Shown here: one piece after another, positions 1 through 10,800 of the stretch
How positions within the stretch are numbered: the first letter of the stretch is position 1
How the letters are laid out: each line of letters begins with the position of its first letter
Source: Owenia fusiformis
Lineage: Eukaryota
Assembly (NCBI GenBank): GCA_903813345.2
Contig: CAIIXF020000001.1
Location: forward strand, 17,484,001 to 17,548,000
Direction: 5' to 3'
DNA length: 64,000 nt
The notes under the pieces: model-generated
The model's database searches: none
Seen by the model: the letters and a program-made list of their open reading frames with translations, nothing else
Told to the model about the DNA's origin: nothing
Program-made: the position numbers and the translations under genes

Positions 1-1250
1 GTTATCAATGGGAGTTGGTGGTCTACAGTATCTGCCAGTCTCTATATGGATTTTGCATGTGTTTTGTGTAGCCTGTAGGTACGTAACTTGTTACCATTTA
101 TTGGAGCTTTGCTGTCATCCCAGAGATTATGCATCCATGTGGTGTGATCCGCCGAAATAAGCAGTTGCTTGAAGGCTTGAAGTTTTGTCTTTACATTAGA
201 TATATATGGTTCATTGAAGTATTCTGTTCCAGACGATTCAAATAACAAGGTAGTCTGCATTTCCCATGACTTTGATCGTCCTGGAAAAGTACATGATGAT
301 GACCATATAAAGACTTTCCTATTGAGACGGTCATGGTCCATGTTAGTTAGCCTACAGAACAGACGTGCAATTTCCACACGCTGTTTAGTGTAAATTGATG
401 GCCATGCCATGTCTCCGGTGGTGGCTATGTTTGGTGCACATTTCCCAAGGCATAGAAAATAACGACATGCTCTGTTCTGTATGGCATTTATGCATGAATA
501 CTGTCTTGTACCCCATATTCCAGCTCCATATAGGAGAATTGGCTGGACCATAGTTTCAAAAAGTCTTGTGTATACTTTATATGGGAATCCTCCAAAGGAT
601 TTAAATTTGGCAATCACCGCTCCAAGAGCTCGGTTGGCAGATTTTGCGAGTATTTTTACTGATTCATTATAGTCCAGATGTTCATTAAAATACAGTCCCA
701 GATATTTATAATCATGTGTGTAATCAAGTGTAATTTCACCACATATAAATTGTTTCTGGCATCGATTAACATTTTTGGGGCGGAAATGCATTATTTTGGT
801 TTTGTCTTTATTAATCTGTACTCTCCACTTTTTGCACCATTCATTTAATATATTAAGTAGTTGTTGTAGATTATCTGGGCTTGGGGCGATCAAAATAATA
901 TCATCTGCATATGCTAAAATACCTATGTTAGTCCCTCCAATGTCAATGCCATATCCAGTGGTATTGATTTCTGATATAAGGTCATTGAGATATATCGAAA
1001 AAAGCGTGGGCGATAATTTGCACCCCTGTTTCAGACCACAGGTCACGTCAAACCATTCTGTACTGCTGCCGTCACTCATCCTTACTGCACACTGAACATC
1101 CTTGTACATTGATGTAATTGCAGCATACATACGTCCTTTAACACCCATGTTTGCAAGTTTGAGCCACATGCAGTCTCTATTGATATTGTCAAACGCACGG
1201 CGGGCGTCCACTAGAGAAACGAAGGTAGATTGCTTGTTATGACCAATTGT
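1..1250 (-). mobile_element. 5'-truncated non-LTR retrotransposon (LINE) ORF2 fragment, reverse transcriptase and C-terminal region; possibly RTE-X clade
   Basis: ORF 42-1211 has RT motifs (STFVSLVDARRAFD extending upstream to ~1250, GLKQGCKLSPTLF, AYADD, YKYLG). After a frameshift/deletion, positions ~1-51 read IHIETGRYCRPP, an IETGR motif typical of the C-terminus of RTE-X-like LINEs. No endonuclease domain upstream. Confidence 0.9.
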
Positions 1251-1444
1251 ACCATGTAGTTAAAATATAGGTATTTTATAAAGATTATGAAGATAAATGC
1301 TGCATGCTGGATGCCAAGAGGGTCCTTCAATAAATGTGAGCCTTCTGGCCTTCAGGACAATTCTGAATGGGTGAAATTACGGATGTCCCATAATAATTGC
1401 TTATATCATCTTACACACCCAGGGCCAACCTAAAATGAACAATT

Positions 1445-1770
1445 TGCGTGAGATTTCCAAAAATTGTGGTACTTTTACGGGAGATTTTTCCAAAATCTGG
1501 TAGTTTTTACAGGAGGTTTTCTAATAAATTGGTAGTTTTCGCCATAGATTTTTAAAAATCGGCAGTTTTTGAGGTAAATTTTCAAACAACTGGAGTTTTT
1601 ACGGTAGTTTTGAAATAAAACGGTACTTTTTAAAAAAAAGCGGATTATCTCCTGTTTTTTCTAATAAAAGCAATAGTTCTTGCGGTTCTGCAAAAAGTGG
1701 TACTTTTGTGGGAGATTTTTGACAAAATCTGTTGTTTTTGCAACGAATGTTGAAAAACTTTGGACTTTGC
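1445..1770. repeat. Degenerate ~31-bp tandem repeat array
   Basis: Recurring unit resembling TGGTAGTTTTTACGGGAGATTTTTCCAAAATC, about ten diverged copies. Confidence 0.6.
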
Positions 1771-1974
1771 CATGAATATACGCTTTGCATGGCCAGATTT
1801 GAATATTCACGCGAATTACATGTACGTCACGCATTTACTTCGAATTTGTGTGTCCCTAACCACCTAATTTTACATATTATTTGATGTTTTTGGTTCGTAT
1901 AGTAGAAAATAAATTTTGTAGACCATAATGCATCTTGGGTAAGAGTAATGCAACAAATAGGTTTTAAATATAGC

Positions 1975-2300
1975 TAATAAATAGGTAATACTCTGATAAT
2001 TCTAATCTAACACTACATTGTTGTTACAATGTAATTTTCATTTTATAATCAGTCAATATTCTACATGAGCGTTGAATGGTAATAAATACCTTATTATTAA
2101 CACCTATTTATTAACCTAATTCTCTCTAATTTGCATGATAAATTTTTTAGGTATTTGTTAGCTGAGAATTAACAGAGTATTACCTGGTAACAAATACCTT
2201 ATTATTAACACCTATTTATTAACGTAATTCTCTCTAATTTGCATGATAAATTTTTTAGGTATTTGTTAGCTAAGAATTAATAGAGTATTACCTATTTATT
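1975..2300. repeat. ~108-bp direct duplication (2084-2185 / 2192-2293) with an inverted outer copy; probable MITE remnant
   Basis: AAATACCTTATTATTAACACCTATTTATTAAC...AGAGTATTACCT occurs twice; AATAAATAGGTAATACTCT at ~1976 is the reverse complement of the end of the second copy. Confidence 0.65.
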
Positions 2301-2811
2301 GTCAATATTTTCCCATTGATTTTTTTCACTTGGGATGGCACATTGGCCAGGTGGCTTTACTAAAACTTGAAAAGTAGTTGAACGATTTTGAGATCAAAAG
2401 TTCGATGGGATTTGCTCCACCTCGCGTTGCTGTGATCTAGTTCTGAAATGTTTCATATCTATGTCTAATTATAGTTGTATAGATGTGTTTGTAATAACCT
2501 TTATGCCCTTAAAATGTATATATTCAGGGGGGGGGACATTCGTGGGTTCAAGTGGACCACTCCATTGGCCAAATATTCTCTCAAAATCAGTACAATTTTT
2601 CACGATTCTGAGCATTTTCAAGATTTCTGGGCCACTTGAAAATTGTGAAATGTTCACCCCTTGATCCTTTTGAAAAACTTAAATTGGCAGAAGCTGGTTA
2701 TACGAACCTGATATGACCTAGCTTGCAAGCTTTTTCTTGAGTTTGTGTTTATTTTCCTTGTACCCTTGCATGCTTTGGATTTTGTAGGATGCAAAACAAA
2801 GAATCTACTTA

Positions 2812-3311
2812 CTGTAAAACGGGTAATTTTGACACCGGGAAATTTTAGCGATTTTTCAATTTTAGGGGGTTTTAGCGCGGGAAATTTTAGCGAAATGAAG
2901 ATTAATCTTTAAAAAATCAAATTAGCGAAATGCATTAGAAATTTTATCATTTATGGCAGAAGAATGAATAACGGACATGACAGAGGAATAATCAAAATGT
3001 AAGACTTCTAACGCACATGGTATTGGTCCAAACTACTGTAATCTCATCTGACTAATCACAAAATCACGGTAGCATTTAAAATCGTTGATTTTTCGGTCCA
3101 AACTAATCTCAAATTACAAACCAGAAGTCGAGCACTGAACGAAAAGCTCCCTAAATAAAAGTATTCATGTAGTTTCCCGGGAATTTGCAAATTTTAGCGC
3201 CTGGTTTATTTTAACCCCGGTTTATTTTAGCGAATTGAATTTTTAGCGAAACTATAGCAATCGCTAACAATCGCTAACAATTACCCCTCGCTAACAATAC
3301 CCGTTTTACAG
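2812..3311. mobile_element. Non-autonomous Tc1/mariner-type MITE
   Basis: TIRs CTGTAAAACGGGTA / TACCCGTTTTACAG flanked by TA on both sides; subterminal TTTTAGCG repeats. Confidence 0.85.
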
Positions 3312-3522
3312 TATTTAGTTGGCATTAGATTCTTAACTATACAAATCCAAATTGAATCAAAGTTGATAAAATCAAAAGACGGTTCTCTTTTAACTATATA
3401 AAAAATTTGACCTCCTGAAAATATGCACGATGCGCCACTGTTACAATGTGATGGGAAAAGCACAAATATTTTTACTGAGGAGGTAAGAAACGTTCACATT
3501 CGAATGTGCTTGAAAACATTAA

Positions 3523-3966
3523 ACCTGCACATCGCTCTAAAACGCAATATGTTGACATATATTGTTTTTACATTTTCAAGCTCAAATATAAAGTTTATGT
3601 AAATAAAAAAAAAAAATTATCTGCGTAATGTCAAAGAACAATCATTTAGTTAAAAAAATAAAAAGGCGATTGCGGGATTAGAACCCGAGCCTCACGCATG
3701 CTAAGCGAGCATTCTACCGCTAGACCACCGTGATATTATGAATGGTGGAAGTAATTAAACGCTACTTATTTTGATGCTATGATTCGGAAGTGACGTCACG
3801 TTCTTCATTTAAAAACCTTTCCAAAATCATATCGCCGGCTCCGATCGAAGCAATTCAATGAAAAATCTTTGAAATGACACATTTATCGTAAGTATTTCTA
3901 CACAAGATTTGCCCCATTTGTTCTTCATTCTATAATCTTTCATTAAGCTCAAAATGATAAAGTTCA
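3523..3966. mobile_element. Truncated copy of a Kolobok-type non-autonomous transposon with an internal tRNA-like sequence (minus strand, ~3665-3730)
   Basis: Starts TTAA|ACCTGCACATCGCTC; nearly identical to 51365-52255; right end missing. Confidence 0.8.
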
Positions 3967-4282
3967 TCATGAGAAATAGAAGGTCGAAGGGTTTTTATAA
4001 AAATATATTTCAAAAATTCTTGACACGCTGTAAGTCGTAGGTTGCAGGGTCGAAGGGTCGAAGGGTTTTTAGTACATTCCCTCTGGGAGCCCAAAAATCA
4101 AAGAAAATGCATTTTCTTGGTGTTGTATTTTCTAAACTACCCTAGAATTCAAAGATGACATACACTTATAATTTCAGGCCGTCCAACTGTCCCGCAATTT
4201 GCCTATTTGTCACGCATTTGCTGGAAAATTTGAAGTCATGCAAGTTTTTTAGCGTGACAGAGTATGTCACGCAAATACACAA

Positions 4283-4536
4283 CAGGGAATCCCCTTTTAA
4301 TCCAACTGTCATCTTGAAAAGTGATGGTATCTCTCTCAATGAAAAAGAAAAATGTTCTAATTCTGACGATAAACCCAGATAATTGTGGATTCAACTACAC
4401 GAAAAGAATGCTAAAATACCCAGGAATCTATTGAAGTAGGTATCGTAAGAGGCGTAGAAAATTCTCCCATCTTGTATTAAATCATACAGGCAAAAGATTG
4501 AGACGTTCTCAGGATTACAGTCCTGGCACGGGATAA
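4283..4536. mobile_element. Right-half copy of the MULE-type foldback element at 7113-7653
   Basis: Near-identical to ~7397-7652; ends GTCCTGGCACGGGATAA. Confidence 0.8.
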
Positions 4537-4810
4537 ATCAACATCCTTCAAATCCAATTTTCAAAAAATAAATTTGAAGAAACAATAAAAGGTAAGTGGA
4601 ATTAGAAGATGGTTTCAAGTTATTACAGAAGTCAATTTGAAAAAGTCGGGTAACTTTTCACACTGGTATCCACCAGCTTAGTTTTACTTACTTTGGGAAC
4701 ATTTTGGGCCTCATTTAAAAACATAGGCCCCATTATCCCCATAAATGAGGGAAAATAATGAAATAAATCTACACTTCTCAGAAATTTTCTGATAAAAAAT
4801 TGGAATCTAC

Positions 4811-4895
4811 CTTGATTTCCACCTCCGGGGTGCTCATTCCAACACCTATCTCCATATCGACAATGTCCTTGTTGGTAAAACCTACAAACTACCAT
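4811..4895 (-). CDS. NUP42: Nucleoporin NUP42 (NUPL2/CG1), first coding exon with N-terminal CCCH zinc finger; no further exons found in the window
   Basis: [28 protein letters not shown] matches the NUP42 N-terminus (C-x-F-x-x-x-G-x-C-R-[FY]-G-D-R-C-W-N-E-H-P); donor G|GTAGAT at 4810. Confidence 0.85.
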
Positions 4896-4919
4896 CGTAG
4901 ATATGCCTTACAGCTGGAA

Positions 4920-5130
4920 TAAGTGGATTATTATGAATTTATTTGAGGATTTAAAAAGTTTGATATGTTTTCTTAAAAAGAACAATTCATGTTTAGATAT
5001 AGCGAGTTATACCGGAAACGGAAACGGCATGGTAATTTTTTTACATTTCTTATTATTTTTATCAAATTTAGAGCTATTTAGGCAACAAGGTGTCGTTATC
5101 AGCTGTTGATATTTTTAAAATTTGTAAGTT
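4920..5130. promoter_or_regulatory. Probable bidirectional promoter region between NUP42 (-) and MTERF3 (+)
   Basis: Divergent gene orientation; tandem ETS-like CCGGAAAC/CGGAAAC motifs at ~5012-5025; the MTERF3 ATG exon is preceded by an acceptor (7830), implying an upstream non-coding exon whose position I did not locate. Confidence 0.45.
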
Positions 5131-5376
5131 AGTCATTATCTTAGCCACTGGTACTTGTAACATCAGTTCGAAGCGCCATCGTCCAAGTTTTTAAATGATT
5201 TAGAAATTCTTGACAGCTGAGCAAATTCTTCACGAAACAAGACAACCAGGATCACAGGAAGTTGTATCAAGACCTTTTTCGGCCTCTACGAAGCCTTTTG
5301 CCCTTCCCCAATCTCGTAACAGAATTCATCTGTTACGAGATTGGGGAAGGGCAAAAGAGACCCTATCTGTTGCAAG

Positions 5377-5958
5377 CATAGGCTAAGGGTTAAGTAATAG
5401 TAAGCTGTATATATAAGAGACAGGTCCACAAGTAAGATTGAAAATTATTCAAATTTTTTTAGTCTTGGCACTAGTTCTCCTTACTGGTATCAAATTTTAT
5501 TCCAAAATTTCTCCAAAATCTTCTTCAAAGTGTTTTTCAAACTTATATCATTGTTTTTTTCAAATCTTTATCTAAAAACTGCATATTATACTGCATATAA
5601 AACAACAACTATGGAAACCTACAATTGCCTGGCAAGCTGAAACTGATTGTCACTGGTGGAGGTCAGGGAGGTCAGCAGTGACCAATCAGATCACTTGTTT
5701 ACTAATGAACTTGCCAGGCAATTGTAGGTTTTCAGAAATTCTCTCTTTTAGACAGCATTATTCACTCTATATCATCTGACTGAGTTTCAATCTTAGGTAA
5801 GAGCTACAAACTATCAATTTTATATCAACTCCCCATGGCTTTTTGAAAATAATACACTAAATATTGTTGAAATCTCCATCTTAACAAGTGGTCTAAGTCA
5901 GAGTTGTTCACCTGTCTCTTATATATACAGCTTACTATTACTTAACCCTTAGCCTATG
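5377..5958. mobile_element. P-element-like MITE nested in 5253-7019
   Basis: TIR CATAGGCTAAGGGTTAAGTAATAGTAAGCTGTATATATAAGAGACAGGT (~49 bp, perfect); 8-bp TSD GTTGCAAG (5369-5376 / 5959-5966). Confidence 0.88.
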
Positions 5959-5970
5959 GTTGCAAGACTA

Positions 5971-6184
5971 GAGATAGGGGCATTCTCGGCCATGGGGCAT
6001 TCCCGGACAAACCCTTGGTATCAGGTGGAAATCTGGGACAAAGTTAGAATTTTTACAATATATAGCACTACATCTATAATATGATGTGTCTAATACAAAG
6101 TTTCAATAAAGAAACCATATAAAACAAAGAATTATTGAAGATCGTCCGACAATGCCCCATGTCCGAGATTACCCCTATCTCCTC
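5971..6184. mobile_element. Small TA-flanked MITE nested in 5253-7019
   Basis: Imperfect TIRs GAGATAGGGG..TCTCGG.CATGGGGCATT / AATGCCCCATG.CCGAGA..ACCCCTATCTC; TA on both sides; it interrupts the left arm TTGCAAGACT...ACGCCTG whose mirror is intact at ~6938-6955. Confidence 0.7.
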
Positions 6185-6269
6185 TAACGCCTGGCGTAAC
6201 CGTCACCATGTTATTCAGTGTTTTTAAATAGCGGAAGGATCCTGCCATGACCGTGGTAATGTTATCGTG

Positions 6270-6585
6270 AAAGCCTGGTATAAACACGACAATGCTGTAT
6301 TATATTGCAATGCCTGCCTGACTGTGACAATGTAATTTACTGTAGTACTGCAAGGCCTGGCATGACCATGGCAATGTTATATAGTTCTGCAAGGCCTGGC
6401 ATGACCGTGACAATGTAATATAGTATTGCAAGTTCAGGTGTGAGAGTGGTAATGTAGAAATTTACGATTAGGACTGCTATAACCGTGACAATGTGTATTG
6501 CAAAGCCTGGCATGACAGTGGCAATGTAATATAGTACTGCAAGGCCTGGCATGGCCGTGACAATGTAATATAGTATTGCAATGAC
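6270..6585. repeat. 39-bp tandem repeat inside the foldback transposon
   Basis: Unit GCAAGGCCTGGCATGACCGTGACAATGTAATATAGTATT, about 8 variably diverged copies. Confidence 0.85.
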
Positions 6586-7112
6586 TAGTAAATATGGAAT
6601 ATCCTTAACAATTTTAAGTGATCGTCATTACAATTAAACAGTTTAATACTATGATCATGGTGTCTAACTACCTTAATCATGTCAAAATCAAAATTACTAC
6701 ATGTACTATATATTTATATTAATGTTCACATTCTATTATAAACCACAATAAAGGCTACTTTCACGCCAGGCTTCCACAATAACACTTCCAGGGTCATGAC
6801 AGGCCTTGCAATATAATACAGCATACGGTTATACCAGCCTGTCACGCTTATACCAGGCTTACACGATAACACTACCATGGCCATGGCAGGATCCTTGCGC
6901 TACTTAAAAACACTGATTAACATGGTGACGGCTGTGGCAGGCGTAAGTCTTGCAATAGATAGCATGTTGGGCAAAAGGCTTCGTAGAGGCCGAAAAAGGT
7001 CTTGATACAACTTCCTGTGACCAGGATGAACTTTATAAACACAGGTTCTGACTAGACAACAGGAAACACATCACGGCGGGACTATTAAACTGTATTATCC
7101 TAAGCAGAGGGT

Positions 7113-7653
7113 TATCCCTTGCCAGGACTATAGTCCTGAGAACGTCTCAATCTTTTGCCTGTACGATTTAACATGGGAGAATTTTCTACGCCTCTTACGA
7201 TACCTACTTCAATAGATTCTTTGGTATTTTAGCATTCTTTTCGAGTAGTTGAATCCACAATTATCTGAGTTTACTAGCAGAACGAAGAAATTTTTGTTTT
7301 TGATCGCAATATTTGCGTGTAATATTTAACTTATTTCAATCGTCAAATTCCTCCATTTATTGGTACTTCCGGGCCACTATCGGGTGAGTCAAATGGGGAA
7401 TCTCCTTTAAAATCCAACTGCCATCTTGAAAAGTGATGGAATCTCTCTCGATGAAAAAGAAAAATTTTCCCGTTCTGCCGATAAACCCAGATAACTGTGG
7501 ATTCAACTACGCGAAAAGAATGCTAAAATACCCAGGAATCTATTGAAGTAGGTATCTAAGTGTAAGAGGCGTTGAAAATTCCTCCATGTTATAATCGTAC
7601 AGGCAAAATACTGAGACGTTCTCAGGACTATATAAGTCCTGGCATGGGATAAG
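7113..7653. mobile_element. Mutator-like (MULE) non-autonomous foldback element
   Basis: ~170-bp TIRs beginning TATCCCTTGCCAGGACTATAGTCCTGAGAACGTCTC; 9-bp TSD GCAGAGGGT (7104-7112 / 7654-7662). Confidence 0.85.
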
Positions 7654-7838
7654 GCAGAGGGTAGTTTATAACTAGACTAAAAAAACCAGGAAGCTCAGAA
7701 TTGTACTTGATATCAGTCTTCTTTTTAACTCTGGATTTACAGTTTGAATTTAATCAATCGAACACAGTATTAATCTGCTGATATCACTATATGGAATTTG
7801 TAATAATATCAGATTGATTTGTAATTTCAGATAGCAGT

Positions 7839-10800
7839 ATGGCCTCACAAAGATTAATAAGGACTAGCTCTAGAATATTGTTGTACTGTCAAAGTAAAAC
7901 AAAACCACCTTGTAATCAATTATTGGATCAATATACATCTTCAAGTTATAGATACTTACATCAAAGTTCCAAACTTTTATGCAATGACAACTCAAAGTTG
8001 TCACCATCAAGTAGAAGCAATGAGCAAGAAATTGACTATTTCCGGAAGTTGGTCAGAGACTCAAAAGATACTTCAAATAATATTATGCTTCAAGACAAAC
8101 AAGATCAAACAGATGACAACCCAGAAGAACACACAGTGATGTCACATTCAGAAAATCAACTAACCACACATTTGCAAGGCAGTGATGATATAATAGTGGA
8201 TGATGAAAACCAGATTGATATCTCTAGCTTAAGGCCAGCCCCTAAACCAATATCTCTCAACCTAGCCCCATATGTAAATAACTCTGAAACCTTATCATCT
8301 TTAGTGAAACTTGGGGTTGACTTATCAAAGCTAGAAAAAGCTCCAGGTAATACTACTGAAAGCACTGTCTCTGAATGTGTATATTGAAGTGTGTATAAAA
8401 AAGCACAACAAACAAATAAATTATAGAATCACAAAACCAATGATGACTGCATCAGTTTTATGACATGTTTCCTCTTTTCAATGATATGTCATTATTTCAC
8501 ATTTGGTCATGGTTGGCTGAATTGAATCACTCTTTAGCACAGTAGGTCCATGTTGGCCCAGGAGTCAGTTTCAAGTTTTAGAGATTTGCAAAAGTCAAGC
8601 AATTGTTGGTGCTATTGGAATGTCTGCTGAACAGAATAGTTTTGACTTTTTCCTTTTGGGCTATGTCAAGAGCAACATCTCTTTGGCCCATTTTGCAAGA
8701 GGAATGATTAAGCCAATTATTAAATAAATGACATATTATTGGAAGAGGAAAACATGATAAATTGAATGAAATTGTGCAGTCATTACTGATTTTGTGATTT
8801 ACGATTTATTTGTTTGTTGCATTTTTGATATGCATTTGTATAAGTCTTTTCCTCAACTTAAGGGATAGATAACACTAACAGCAAATATATGGCTAATTTT
8901 AAATCATAATTGTTTGGATAAACTTCTTTATCAATCGCTAATCCCATTCTTTCTATAAGTCATGTAAATACAAATAATACTTTGCTTTGAAATATTATCT
9001 TTTTCTAATTTGATTAGATGTTGCTGACAAGCTAGTCCAGAAAGATTTCGAGCGAGACATCAAGCCTTACATAATGTTCCTGAATGACAATGATGTGCCT
9101 GCCAAAAAATTAGGAGTATTTATAACAAAGAATCCTCGTATATTGAACCAAGACTTGGAACATTTACAGGTAAAACATGGAGCTGATTGCTAAATATTTA
9201 GTAGCTAGAATAAACCTTAAATATCTTATTCAAGGGAATGTAGAAGTTTTACCCATATATGGCAATAATATCAATGTTGCATTCTTGGAGCCAATCCTCC
9301 TTGGGCTGTAGATAGTAATGTACAGGGTGTCCCGAAAGTATGGGCCCCCCCTAAGCAGACATATTCCAGTGTCCTCATAGTATGTGTCATATATCATTTT
9401 AAAGCTTATCCAAAGTTACATTGATTTGCCAAGTATCATGGTTTAACTCCCAAATGGGAAAAAGTTACAGTCATTTTAAAAGTTAGTGTTTTGTCAAAAT
9501 AAAGTTCAATTTTACACCACATTACTAGTCAATTTGTCCCCCCTTGGCCATGTTAACAGCAGCAATTATTTTCAGATATGACCTTAAAAGCCCTTCAAAT
9601 AGGGGTGTGGGATTTTTTAATCCTCTTAAAACTGTTAAAAATGTTTAAAAGGTTTTTTGATAGACTACCATCTTTTGTTTGCAGACAAGAATCAACTACT
9701 TGGAGTCAAAGAAGTTCACTAAGGCAGACATTGCCACAATACTACAGAAGGCACCCCTCTTTCTCAACTTTACTACATATGTGGTGGACAGGAAACTAGG
9801 TCATCTTCAGAAGGAATTTAAACTTACAGGTAAGATGTATTAGTATGCTATATTGTATGTTAAGCTTCTAAATGTTGACTACGCCCCTGTGTTTCCCTTG
9901 TCCCCTTTCATTTATCTTCTGTAAACTTGTTTGAACAAATTAATACTAGTACTACAAAGATAACTTCATTCGAAACGCATGCAATTCACTCCAATTATAT
10001 TTATTCATGTATTTGCATTAGTGAGGGAAAGGGATTTGATTATAAAATTGACGGTGGTTGCGAAGTTGTGATTTGGGAGGGAGGGGTATACTATACTAAG
10101 GTGTTATAAGACCCAATAATTAATATAAACAACTAAGCGCCTTCCTGATTGCATCCTAGCTCATCCTGTCCGCCAGTCTATCTCGATCGCATTTGATCAA
10201 TGAATTTATAATTCCTGATTAAACTGACTCTTGATTTTAAAATAGGAATTCTCAATCTGTTACTAGTATTTAAAAGTTGGTGTCTATTATGATACTGGAA
10301 ATTGGAATACTATATTTTGTATTACTATTCTATCTCCATCTATAGTATATAAATATGGATTTCTAGGTCTACAGTCTGTCATTCCCACATGGGCTTCATT
10401 GAAACATACGACATTGCAAAGTTTATCCATTTCAAACAAGCCAGGAAAACAGATAACCTAAGTCTTGCATCAGACCCCGCAAATGTCCAATTTTCTCTCG
10501 GGAAATACATAAATATCAGAGACATATTTCATAGCCAGAGGCCAAAAATGTCAAAATCGATATAAAATCTAAAAAGGATAAAATGTCCCCCCGAATACGG
10601 TACCTAGGTTATTAAATCTAATACTTCATAGTTATCGCATAATAAGCATAAAACTTTCATTTACCGCTTGTATCGAAATTCACGTGATCCCTTATTGAAG
10701 TTTTACTAAATAATTGAGTTTGATCATTTAATGCTGTTGGATAGAATCATGGGCTCTGTGGCTGAAAAGAATCAAAATTTTAGCCCATGTCTGAGCGAAT

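Larger units (their letters stand above)
5253..7019. mobile_element. Non-autonomous foldback DNA transposon (P/hAT-type) with nested insertions and internal 39-bp tandem repeats
   Basis: Perfect ~51-bp TIR CACAGGAAGTTGTATCAAGACCTTTTTCGGCCTCTACGAAGCCTTTTGCCC; 8-bp TSD ACCAGGAT (5245-5252 / 7020-7027); further inverted arms ~6187-6285 vs ~6848-6945. Confidence 0.9.

Noticed and set aside
5912-5932. CTGTCTCTTATA resembling the Tn5 mosaic end / Nextera adapter (and its mirror at ~5411-5423)
   Set aside because: Only 12 of 19 nt match contiguously, and it is an internal part of a 49-bp TIR with a genuine 8-bp TSD; coincidence rather than contamination.
6337-6552. Repetitive hydrophobic ORF (MPGLAVLYYIATV repeats)
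   Set aside because: Translation of a 39-bp tandem repeat inside a transposon.
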